From Ranitomeya imitator (lineage: Eukaryota): 64,000 bases of DNA. Each line of letters begins with the position of its first letter. Position 1 is the stretch's first letter. Below are positions 11,314 to 22,228 of this stretch, one piece after another. The stretch spans positions 187,116,001 to 187,180,000 of the forward strand of contig NC_091288.1 in the NCBI RefSeq assembly GCF_032444005.1, given 5' to 3'. The notes under the pieces are model-generated. The model was given only the letters and a program-made list of their open reading frames with translations. It made no database searches and was not told where the DNA came from. The position numbers were made by a program, and so were the translations under genes.

Positions 11314-12981
11314 GGGAGGTCGGGAGGTGGCCCAGGACTTTAAAAAAAGCAAAAAAACTAACCTTGCTCAGGTGCCGCCTCCCCCTTCCCCCGCATCGTC
11401 CCCGCCCTATGCACGTGCCCTCAAGCGCCTAGTGGCAAATACGGTCCTGGTTATAACCATCGATACCTAAACCACTGCAATGCCCTGCACATGGGGTAAG
11501 CGACATCGCAAATCAGTAAAACTATATTACATTTCTGATTGGAGGTATTTGCTATTATTATTATTATTACTACTACACCCACTACATATTGGGATAGTAT
11601 CTTGGAGATGGGAATACCAATTTAAAGCTACTGGAGAAATCAATTAAAAAAAAAATATCTAAAGATACAGAAAGATGATAGATATCCTGCAGATATATTT
11701 CACACACCCCCAACATATTTTAAAATTGCAGTCTTTAGTGCTTTTTTATGTGGATTTTATTATACTGTTCGGTTTTTTAACCTTGTTTAACCTAATAAAT
11801 TAATGAAAAAACAACGTGGTCCCACCCTCATTGTATTAAACCAGCAAAGGTAAAGCAGACAGATGTGTCCTGATATTATCAGGCAGGGAAGGTCCCTGGT
11901 TATTGACCCATCTCTGCCTAAAAATACCAGCCCTCAGCCACCCCAGAAGTGGCACCTCGCATTAGATATGCCACTTCTGGAGCTTCGCCTTCACTTTTAC
12001 CTATTGCTTTTGTGCGTTGGCAATTGGATAATGGTAGTTGGAGTTGATGTCAGCTGTGAATTGCCAAAAACACAGCTGCCATCAAGTCCTGGTGTTAGTA
12101 ATGGAAAGGTGTCTATCAGACACCCCCTTACTAACCCAGTGCTAAAAAGTAAAAAATAAATAAAACAAACACTTTATAAAAAAAAAAAAAAAAAAAAAAA
12201 AAACAACACCCCAATACCTTCTTTGGTTCACCTATCTATATGTTTAAGACTTTTTTTTTCCTTGGTTGTCAGGAGGTTCTGGCAGTGCAAATTCCTGGCT
12301 AATTTAAGATAATCGGACGCCATACGGAGTGTCCGTGTGCTGTCCATTTTTTTTTGCACCCATTGACTTGCATTTGCGAGTCTCATTCGTTTTACGCAGC
12401 ATGATGTGATCCTTTTCCGTGCACTTAATACAGGTAAGAAAAAAAATTGCAGATCTGCACTGATGCATTTAATAATATTGGTGCGATTTTCTTTTATCAC
12501 ATCAGACTCAACGTATTTAGATGCAAGTGTGAGCAAACACAAAAACTGATGTAAAATACTGACCAAATACTGAACGTGGCCTAGTATAGACAAACTAATC
12601 ACACATCTCCTGGGTTCTCTAAAGCTGCCGTGGAGATCTATAAATTTGAAGGGCGTTTTCCCATAGTGATATATAGTTAGAATAGGACATTGCTTTCTGA
12701 TTGGTGGAGCTATTGTACCCCCTGAGAATGAAGGGGACCACAGTGCCGAGTCCCTTCCCTGTTTACCTTTAACAGTGGTGCTCCTGACCACCTGAAGAGC
12801 ACCCCCATCCATTGTGGTGACTGGCTGTACTGTAGCTCCTGGCTCCATGGGAGGATCGGTGGGAGTCCCCAGAAGGTGATAACATATCCCAGCACTCTTT
12901 CAGATATAATTAACCATTTAATGATTAACAATTCTCAATAAAGACAATTCACCCAATAATATTTCTATTTTGTTTCAATCA

Positions 12982-12987
12982 TTTATT
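12982..12987 (-). terminator. Candidate polyadenylation signal of TRIM copy A
   Basis: AATAAA on the minus strand about 190 nt past the stop; conserved in copy B (45956-45961). Confidence 0.55.
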
Positions 12988-13179
12988 CTGCATCCGATCA
13001 CAAGATCTCAAGAAGGCAAACAAAACCCAAAACACTACAACAGTAAAAATCCCGCCATGAAACCCCCCACATACATTATACAGTATTATTAGAAAACATT
13101 GCAGATAACACACTATATACAGATGCAGCATTGTAACAAGAAATAACGTAATTTTGATGCGACGCTATTGGCAGCGACC

Positions 13180-14727
13180 TCAGCTTATTTTAACAGAGGC
13201 GCCATCTTCCAAATACAAGATAACATGTAAGGGTTCGGTGAAGGAAGCAATGAAGGTGTATAAGTGTGTGACAGGGTCACTTAACTCATAGAAGGACAGA
13301 CGCCCGGCCTCATAGTCTAAGAAGACTCCCAGTTTTGGACTTTGTGGCTTTACACTGAGGCTTAATATGAATGAGTTGTGACTTACATCATAAGCTTCCT
13401 CAGACATCAACAAAAACCAAGATTTAGCATTAAGTCTAACATCAGAGTTATATCCTTCCCTTTCTACACTGGGATAACACATTCCGACTTCGCATTCTCC
13501 AATCTGGTTCCACTCTACCTCCCAGTAATGTCTTCCTGAGGAGAGCTCACATCTGCTTAAAACATGGGAGTAATCCATAAATCTTACTGACGATTCTGGT
13601 CTGTCCTGTTCTTCTGAATCTGTTGCCGTTTTCAGATCTTCTGATATCTTTATACAGTTATAAGCAGCGTCCACATCCAGCAAAATGTCTGGAACTTGGA
13701 TCCCGAGCTCTGAGGTTACATAGGTGACAATATCCCTCATGGATCGGTATAAGGTCAATGAGATCAGACCTTCGTCCAGATCCTCCCCACAATCCACATC
13801 TCCATCATCTCCCCAAGTGTCATCATCTTCATACCCTGTAATATCACTTTCTTGTAAGAGTCGTATTGGGTCAGTGACACGACACATCTCCTCCATATAA
13901 AACATTTTCTTGGACAGGTCTTGCTCCTGAACTTCCAACGTCTGGATCAGCTGAGATATCTTGGACACAGCCTTCTTCTCCTGCCTGCAGACCTCGCTCA
14001 GTGCTTTAGCTTCTGCAGCATCCAGTTGTTTCCTAATGTCCATAAATAACTTGACAATGTTCTCCTTCTTACCAGCGGCTTTCCGACGGATAGCCCACAT
14101 ATCATCCTGCAGATTTTGGACTCTGGTCTGAATTTTAGCTCTTTGTGGGTACAGATAATTCACATATTTCACCAGTTTCTCCTTTCTCTTCTCAGAAGCC
14201 TCAGCTAGAAGTTCCATCTTGTGACCCCAATGTTCACCAACCAAACAGCAAGACACACAGAGACAAGCCTCGTCCTCCAGGCAGTAATACTCCAGGAGCT
14301 TCTTGTGGAGAGAACATTTCTTGTTGCCAATTGAGAGAGTTGGTTCTATTAATATGTGATCCATCGTCTTATTGTGGACAGTCAGGTGTTTGCCACATAG
14401 AGAGTTCGCACACTGCAGACATGTTCTTACAGCCGGGGTGGGGGCATCGCAGTAAGCACAAAAAATTTGTGGGGGTTCCTCAGGCTGAGAAGATATGAAA
14501 TGCTCCACTATATTCGACAGCTTCCTGTTCTTCTCCAGGGTCGGACGCTCCGGATATTCTGCTCTGCACTCCGGACAGGAATATGCTCCAGTTACCTCCT
14601 GTATATCCAGGACTCTCACAACACAGACGTGGCAGAAGTTGTGTCCACAGCTCAGGTATACGGGATGTGTAAAGAGGCCCAGGCAAATGGGGCAGTTCAG
14701 CTCGTCCTTCAGCTCAGCAGACGCCAT
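13180..14727 (-). CDS. TRIM E3 ligase, 515 aa, single coding exon: RING, B-box1, B-box2, coiled coil, PRY/SPRY (amphibian TRIM39/TRIM25-like expansion type), copy A
   Basis: CPIC...CGHNFC...CPEC RING; CAYC...CLQC...CGKH...H; CSLH...C...C...H...H; SGRHYWEVEW and LGVFLDYEAGRLSFY SPRY motifs; uninterrupted ORF with ACAATGG start context. Confidence 0.95.
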   Translation of the reverse strand: MASAELKDELNCPICLGLFTHPVYLSCGHNFCHVCVVRVLDIQEVTGAYSCPECRAEYPERPTLEKNRKLSNIVEHFISSQPEEPPQIFCAYCDAPTPAVRTCLQCANSLCGKHLTVHNKTMDHILIEPTLSIGNKKCSLHKKLLEYYCLEDEACLCVSCCLVGEHWGHKMELLAEASEKRKEKLVKYVNYLYPQRAKIQTRVQNLQDDMWAIRRKAAGKKENIVKLFMDIRKQLDAAEAKALSEVCRQEKKAVSKISQLIQTLEVQEQDLSKKMFYMEEMCRVTDPIRLLQESDITGYEDDDTWGDDGDVDCGEDLDEGLISLTLYRSMRDIVTYVTSELGIQVPDILLDVDAAYNCIKISEDLKTATDSEEQDRPESSVRFMDYSHVLSRCELSSGRHYWEVEWNQIGECEVGMCYPSVEREGYNSDVRLNAKSWFLLMSEEAYDVSHNSFILSLSVKPQSPKLGVFLDYEAGRLSFYELSDPVTHLYTFIASFTEPLHVILYLEDGASVKIS

Positions 14728-15118
14728 TGTAGTGTGAAAGAGCCACGAAGCGGAAGCTAAAAAGATTCTTGATTTGAGAAGGCAGGAGAGTTAAGTCCTA
14801 AAGCTCTGCAGTGCCCAGGCTAGACTACTCCTCAGCTAAGGTTCTGTAGGGCCCAGACTACTCCTCACCTACGGTTCTGTATGGACCAGGACTATACTAC
14901 TTCTCACCTTCAGCTCTGCAGTGCCCAGACTAGACAACTTTTCACAGCACTCCTCGTGGTCCCAAGTCTCCAGCAAACACGTGCATTGCCGCTTCCGGTT
15001 AGGAACTTCCGCATTGGGCTATTAAAGCTCCGCCCCTTCCGCTGACGTCATCTCTTGCTGCCGCAACTGCTCAGCTGCAGAGTCGACGCGGTTATTTGTG
15101 CGCGTGCGTGCAGCCAGG
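14728..15118. promoter_or_regulatory. Putative bidirectional promoter between TRIM-A and THUMPD1-A (391 nt ATG to ATG)
   Basis: E-box cacgtg 14978, ETS cttccgg 14992 and acttccg 15005, reverse CCAAT attgg 15013, GC box 15030, CRE tgacgtca 15043-15050; CpG-rich. Confidence 0.7.
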
Positions 15119-15319
15119 ATGAGCTCCGAGGTCCAGAAGGGGAAAAAACGAGGAAAAGCGCAGTATGTGAGCAACGCCAAGCGGCACCGGGGAGGCCGGC
15201 AGCTGGAGGCGGGCATGCAGGGCATCCTCATCACCTGCAACATGAACGAGAGGAAGTGCGTGGGGGAAGCCTACAGTCTGCTCAACGAGTACGGAGACCT
15301 GCTGTACGGCGCGGAGAAG
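15119..15319 (+). CDS. THUMPD1: THUMPD1 copy A coding exon 1 (67 codons)
   Basis: MSSEVQ...GKAQY...GMQGILITCNMNERKCVGEAYSLLNEYGDLLYGAEK; GT donor at 15320, phase 0. Confidence 0.95.
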
Positions 15320-15377
15320 GTGGGGGACGCATGCGCCAAGTGTGTGTGTGTGCGCGGGCTTGTATCCCACGTGTGTT

Positions 15378-15702
15378 ACTACAACTCCCAACATGCCATT
15401 ACAGCTGCATAGTGTGGGCATGCTGGGAGTTGTAGTCCTGCGACAGCTGCATAGTGTGGGCATGCTGGGAGTTGTAGTCCTGCGACAGCTGCATAGTGTG
15501 GGCATGCTGGGAGTTGTAGTCCTGTGACAGCTGCATAGTGTGGGCATGCTGGGAGTTGTAGTCCTGCGACAGCTGCATAGTGTGGGCATGCTGGGAGTTG
15601 TAGTCCTGTGACAGCTGCATAGTGTGAGCATGCTGGGAGTTGTAGTCCTGTGACAGCTGCATAGTGTGGGCATGCTGGGAGTTGTAGTCCTGTGACAGCT
15701 GC
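15378..15702. repeat. 42-bp minisatellite in THUMPD1-A intron 1; each unit carries ACTACAACTCCCAGCATGC
   Basis: 7 minus-strand copies plus 1 inverted copy (actacaactcccaacatgcc) at 15378. Confidence 0.9.
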
Positions 15703-16032
15703 ACAGGTTCTGTTGCTCAGCTGCAGGCTTGGGACCTGTGCACACTGCAGGGATTTACTGACCAATGTGAATCAGGCGCTTATTCTGCTCAGTGATCATT
15801 ATTATTATTTTTTGCCACAAGAACAAAAATCCACCAATTGTTTTCCATTGCTGGTGACTTGCTGGTAGGGCTTCCTACTATGCCAGAAATGCATCAGTGC
15901 TGAGGTTTCGGTTTTAAAATGGATTTTTTACTTTTTGTAATAAAGCTTGAATTTTACCAAGTTGGTTGTGTCGGTGGGGGGCTACAGCACCCACTGGTCT
16001 GCAATCATTGCAATGAGTCCACCTATGCTTAA

Positions 16033-19000
16033 CCCCTTCATGACCCAGCCTATTTTGACCTTAAAGACCTTGCCGTTTTTTGCAATTCTGACCAGTGTCC
16101 CTTCATGAGGTAATAACTCAGGAACGCTTCAATGGATCCTAGCGGTTCTGAGATTGTTTTTTCGTGACATATTGGGCTTCATGTTAGTGGTAAATTTAGG
16201 TCAATAAATTCTGTGTTTATTTGTGATAAAAACGGAAATTTGGCGAAAATTTTGAAAATTTCGCAATTTTCACATTTTGAATTTTTATTCTGTTAAACCA
16301 GAGAGTTATGTGACACAAAATAGTTAATAAATAACATTTCCCACACGTCTACTTTACATCAGCACAATTTTGGAAACAAAATTTTTTTTTGCTAGGAAGT
16401 TATAAGGGTTAAAATTTGACCAGCGATTTCTCATTTTTACAACGAAATTTACAAAACCATTTTTTTTAGGGACCACCTCACATTTGAAGTCAGTTTGAGG
16501 GGTCTATATGGCTGAAAATACCCAAGTGACACCATTCTAAAAACTGCACCCCTCAAGGTGCACAAAACCACATTCAAGAAGTTTATTAACCCTTCAGGTG
16601 CTTCACAGCAGCAGAAGCAACATGGAAGGAAAAAATGAACATTTAACTTTTTAGTCACAAAAATGATTTTTCAGCAACAATTTTTTTATTTTCCCAATGG
16701 TAAAAGGAGAAACTGAACCACGTACGTTGTTGTCCAATTTGTCCTGAGTACGCTGATACCTCATATGTGGGGGTAAACCACTGTTTGGGCGCACGGCAGG
16801 GCTTGGAAGGGAAGGAGCGCCATTTGACTTTTTGAATGAAAAATTGGCTGCACTCTTTAGCGGACACCATGTCACATTTGGAGAGCCCCCGTGTGCCTAA
16901 AAATTGGAGCTCCCCCACAAGTGACCCCATTTTGGAAACTAGACGCCCCAAGGAACTTATCTAGATGCATAGTGAGCCCTTTAAACCCCCAGGTGCTTCA
17001 CAAATTGATCCGTAAAAATGAAAAAGTACTTTTTTTTCACAAAAAAATTCTTTTAGCCTCAATTTTTTCATTTTCACATGGACAACAGGATAAAATGGAT
17101 CCTAAAATTTGTTTGGCAATTTCTCCTGAGTACACCGATACTTCACATGTGGGGGTAAACCACTGTTTGGGCACATGGTAAGGCTCGGAAGGGAAGGAGC
17201 GCCATTTGACTTTTTGAATGAAAAATTATCTCCATCGATAGCGGACACCATGTCGCGTTTGGAGAGACCCTGTGTGCTTAAACATTGGAGCTCCCCCACA
17301 AGTGACCCCATTTTGGAAACTGGACCCCCCAAGGAACTTATCTAGATGCCTAGTGAGCACTTTAAACCCTCAGGTGCTTCACAAATTGATCCGTAAAAAT
17401 GAAAAAGTACTTTTTTTTCACAAAAAATTTATTTTCGCCTCAATTTTTTCATTTTCACATGGGCAATAGGATAAAATGGATCCTAAAATTTGTTGAGCAA
17501 TTTCTCCCGAGTACGCCGATACCTCATATGTGGGGGTAAACCACTGTTTGGGCACACGGCAGGGCTCGGAAGGGAAGGCGCGCCTTTTAACTTTTTGAAT
17601 GGAAAATTAGCTCCAATTGTTAGCGGACACCATGTCGCATTTGGAGAGCCCCTGTGTGCCTATGCAATGGAGCTCCCCCACAAGTGACCCCATTTTGGAA
17701 ACTAGACCCCCCAAGGAACTTATCTAGATGCATACTGAGCACTTTAAACCCCCAGGTGCTTCACAGAAGTTTATAATGCAGAGCCATGAAAATAAAAAAT
17801 AATTTTTCTTTTCTCAAAAATGATTTTTTAGCCTGGAATTTCCTATTTTGCCAATGGTAATAGGAGAAATTGGACCACAAATGTTGTTGTCCAGTTTGTC
17901 CTGAGTATGCAGATACCCCATATGTGGGGGTAAACCACTGTTTGGGCGCACGGCAGGGCTCAGAAGGGAAGGCACGCCATTTGGCTTTTTAAATGGAAAA
18001 TTATCTCCAATCATTAGCGGACACCATGTCGCGTTTGGAGAGCCCCTGTGTGCCTAAACATTGGAGATCCCCCACAAATTACCCCATTTTGGAAACTAGA
18101 CCCCCAAAGGAACTAATCTAGATGTGTAGTGAGCACTTTGAACCCTCAAGTGCTTCACAGAAGTTTATAACGCAGAGCCATGAAAATAAAAAAAAAAAAT
18201 TATTTTCTCAAAAATGAATTTTAGCCCGCAATTTTTAATTTTCCCAAGGGTAACAGGAGAAATTTGACCCCAAAAGTTGTTGTCCAGTTTCTCCTGAGTA
18301 CGCTGATACCCCATATGTGGGGGTAAACCACTGTTTAGGCACATGCTGGGGCTCGGAAGTGAAGTAGTGACGTTTTGAAATGCAGACTTTGATGGAATGC
18401 TCTGCGGGCGTCACGTTGCGTTTGCAGAGCCCCTGATGTGGCTAAACAGTAGAAACCCCCCACAAGTGACCCCATTTTGGAAACTAGACCCCGAAAGGAA
18501 CTTATCTAGATGTGAGGTGAGCACTTTGAACCCCCAAGTGCTTCACATAAGTTCATAACACAGAGCAGTGAAAATAATAAATACGTTTTCTTTCCTCAAA
18601 AATAATTTTTTAGCCCAGAATTTTTTATTTTCCCAAGGGTTACAGGAGAAATTGGACCACAAAAGTTGTTGTCCAGTTTCTCCTGAGTACGCTGATACCC
18701 CATGTGTGGGGGTAAACCACTGTTTGGGCACACGTGGGGGCTCAGAAGGGAAGTAGTGACTTTTGAAATGCAGACTTTGATGGAATGGTCTGCGGGCGTC
18801 ACATTGCGTTTGCAGAGCCCCTGGTGTGCCTAAACAGTAGAAACCCCCCACAAGTGACCCCATTTTGGAAACTAGACCCCCAAAGGAACTTATCTAGATG
18901 TGTGGTGAGCACTTTCAACCCCCAAGTGCTTTACAGAAGTTTATAACGCAGAGCCGTGAAAATAATAAATACGTTTTCTTTCCTCAAAAATAATTTTTTA

Positions 19001-21494
19001 GCCCAGAATTTTTTATTTTCCCAAGGGTTACAGGAGAAATTGGACCACAAAAGTTGTTGTCCAGTTTCTCCTGAGTACGCTGATGCCCCATGTGTGGGGG
19101 TAAACCACTGTTTGGGCACACGTGGGGGCTCAGAAGGGAAGTAGTGACTTTTGAAATGCAGACTTTGATGGAATGGTCTGCGGGCGTCACGTTGCGTTTG
19201 CAGAGCCCCTGGTGTGCCTAAACAGTAGAAACCCCCCACAAGTGACCCCATTTTGGAAACTAGACCCCGAAAGGAACTTATCTAGATATGTGGTGAGCAC
19301 TTTGAACCCCCAAGTGCTTCACAGACGTTTACAACGCAGAGCCGTGAAAATAAAAAATCATTTTTCTTTCCTCAAAAATGATGTTTTAGCAAGCAATTTT
19401 TTATTTTCTCAAGGGTAACAGGAGAAATTGGACCCCAGTAATTGTTGCGCAGTTTGTCCTGAGTATGCTGGTACCCCATATGTGGGGGTAAACCACTGTT
19501 TGGGCACACGTCGGGGTTCGGAAGTGAGGGAGCACCATTTGAATTTTTGAATACAAGATTGGCTGGAATCAATGGTGGCGCCATGTTGCGTTTGGAGACC
19601 CCCTGAAGTGCCTAAACAGTGGAAACCCCTCAATTCTACCTCCAACACACCCCTAACCCTTATCCCAACTGTAGCCGTAACCCTAATCACAACCCTAACC
19701 CCAACACACCCCTAACCACAACCCTAACCCCAACACACCCCTAACCCTAACCACAACCCTAATTCCAACCCAACTCTAAGGCTATGTGCCAACGTTGCGG
19801 ATTCGTATGAGATTTTTCAGCATCATTTTTGAAAAATCCGCGGGTAAAAGGCACTGCGTTTTACCTGTGGATTTACCGTGGATTTCCAGTGTTTTTTGTG
19901 CGGATTTCACCTGTGGATTCCTATTGAGGAACAGGTGTAAAACGCTGCGGAATCCGCACAAAGAATTGGCATGCTGCGGAAAATACAACGCAGCGTTCCC
20001 GCGCGGTATTTTCTGCACCATGGGCACAGCGGATTTGGTTTTCCATATGTTTACATGGTACTGTAAACCCGATGGAACACTGCTGCGGATCCGCAGCGGC
20101 CAATCCGCACCGTGTGCACATAGCCTAATTCTAAAGGTATGTGCACACGCTGCGGAAAACGCTGCGGATCCGCAGCAGTTTCCCATGAGTTTACAGTTCA
20201 ATGTGAACCTATGGGAACAAAAAAATCGCTGTACACATGCTGCGGAAAAACTGCACGGAAACGCAGCGGTTTACATTCCGCAGCATGTCACTTCTTTCTG
20301 CGGATTCCGCAGCGGTTTTAGAACTGCTCCAATAGAAAATCGCAGTTGTAAAACCGCAGTGAAATGCGCAGAAAAACCGCGGTAAATCCACGATAAATCG
20401 GCAGCGGTTTAGCACTGTGGATTTTTCAAATCCGCTGCGGAAAAATCCGCATAGGACCAGAATACGTGTGCACATACCGAAACCCTAACCCTAGCCCTAA
20501 CCCTACCCCTACCCCTACCCCTAACCCTACCCCTACCCCTAGTTCTTACCCCAACCTTAGTGAAAAAAAAAAAAATTCTTTATTTTTTTTATTGTCCCTA
20601 TCTATGGGGGTGACAAAGGGGGGGGTCATTTACTATTTTTTTTATTTTGATCACTGAGATAGGATATATCTCAGTGATCAAAATTCACTCTGGAACGAAT
20701 CTGCCGGCCGGCAGATTCGGCGGGCGCACTGCACATGCGCCCGCCATTTTGGAAGATGGCGGCGCCCAGGAAAGAAGACGGACGGACCTCGGGCGGCCAG
20801 GTAAGTATAAGGGGGGGGGAGATCAGGGCACGGGGGGGGCGTCGGAGCACGGGGGGGTGGATCGGATCATGGGGGGGGTGGATCGGAACACGGGAGGGAG
20901 GATTGGAGCACGGGGAAGGATTGGAGCACGGGGTGAGGGATCGCTGTGCGGGGGGGGGGTGGATCGGAGCACGGGGGGGGGGGTCGCTGTGTGCGGGGGG
21001 GGGATCGGAGTGCGGGAGGGTTTGATTGCAGCACAGGGGGTGTGATTGGTGCACGGGGAAGCGGACAGGAGGACGGGGGAGCGGAGCACAGGACGGAGGG
21101 GAGCGGACCACAGATCGGGGGGCTGGGGGGGCGATCGGAGGGGTGGGGTGGGTGCACATAAGTGTTTCCAGCCATGGCCGATGATATTGCAGCATCGGCC
21201 ATGGCTGGATTGTAATATTTCACCAGTTTTTTTAGGTGAAATATTACAAATCGCTCTGATTGGCAGTTTCACTTTCAACAGCCAATCAGAGCGATCGTAG
21301 CCACGAGGGGGTGAAGCCACCCCCCCTGGGCTAAACTACCACTCCCCCTGTCCCTGCAGATCGGGTGAAATGGGAGTTAACCCTTTCACCCGGCCTGCAG
21401 GGACGCGATCTTTCCATGACGCATATGCTGCGTCATGGGTCGGAATGGCACCGACTTTCATGACGCAGCGTATGCGTCAAAGGTCGGGAAGGGG
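16033..21494. mobile_element. piggyBac-like non-autonomous composite element (5.5 kb) in THUMPD1-A intron 1
   Basis: TTAA-CCCCTTC ... GAAGGGG-TTAA. Contains a 388-bp tandem array, degenerate CCCTAA runs, nested Harbinger-type MITEs (about 19780-20480) and G-rich repeats. Confidence 0.7.
16640..19660. repeat. About 8 tandem units of about 381-394 bp inside the piggyBac-like element
   Basis: Anchor gggtaaaccactgttt recurs near 16771, 17153, 17534, 17928, 18321, 18710, 19098 and 19486. Confidence 0.9.
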
Positions 21495-21497
21495 TTA

Positions 21498-22188
21498 AGG
21501 TACCTTCACACTAAACGATATCGCTAGCGATCGGTGATGTTGCAGCGTCCTCGCCAGCGATATCGTTCAGTTTGACAGGCAGCAGCGATCAGAATCCTGC
21601 TTTGATGTCGTTGGTCGGAGCTAGAAGGCCAGAACTTTATTTTGTCGCTGGCTCTCCCGCTGACATCGCTGAATCGGCGTGTGTGACGCCGATTCAGCGA
21701 TGTCTTCGCTGGTAACCAGGGTAAACATCGGGTTACTAAGCGCAGGGCCGTGCTTAGTAACCCGATGTTCACCCTGGTTACCATCCTAAAAGTAAAAAAA
21801 CAAACGCTTCATACTTACCTTCAGCTGTCTGTCCCCGGCGCTGTGCTTTCCTGCACTCACTGTGAGCACAGCGTCCGGAAAGCAGAGCGGTGACGTCACC
21901 GCTGTGCTTTCTGGCCACTGTGCTCAGTCAGTGCAGAGAAGCAGAGCGCCGGGGACAGACACCGGAAGGTAAGTATGTAGTGTTTTTTTTTTTTTTTTTT
22001 TTTTTACTTTTAGGATGGTAACCAGGGTAAACATCGGGTTACTAAGCACGGAACTGCGCTTAGTAACCCGATGTTTGCCCTGGTTACCGGCATCGTGGAG
22101 AGCGGTCTGTGTGACAGCTCTCCAGCGACCAAACAGCGACGCTGCAGCGATCTGGATCGCTGCAGCGTCGTTTAGTGTGAAGGTACCT
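21498..22188. mobile_element. PIF/Harbinger-type non-autonomous element
   Basis: Perfect TIR aggtaccttcacactaaacga; TTA TSD (21495-21497, 22189-22191); same family as 8294-9020. Confidence 0.85.
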
Positions 22189-22228
22189 TTAGTCCTAGAT
22201 CCCGGTAACTTGCATTGGATGCAGATTA

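Larger units (their letters stand above)
2363..11449. mobile_element. hAT-type non-autonomous DNA transposon hosting nested insertions (Helitron-like element, minisatellites, ERV)
   Basis: Termini cagggccgtattt (2363) and aaatacggtcctg (to 11449) are inverted repeats with 1 mismatch. Flanked by 8-bp gttgtaac (2355-2362) and gttataac (11450-11457), a 7/8 TSD. An 8-bp TSD with CAG...CTG ends is the hAT pattern. Confidence 0.6.

Noticed and set aside
5411-11318. Target-site duplication for the ERV
   Set aside because: Flanks ggtcg and gggag do not match; not claimed.
14145-14760. Plus-strand ORFs overlapping the TRIM (also 47115-47707)
   Set aside because: Shadow ORFs of the TRIM coding strand; their conservation is explained by the duplication.
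15092-15765. Periodic ORFs over THUMPD1 exon 1 and intron 1 (also 48998-49821)
   Set aside because: Antisense or read-through translations of the exon and the 42/44-bp repeat; the real exon ends at the GT donor.
19640-20560. Interstitial telomere marking a chromosome fusion (also 37360-37520)
   Set aside because: The CCCTAA-like runs are degenerate and recur at the same position inside two copies of one piggyBac-like family.
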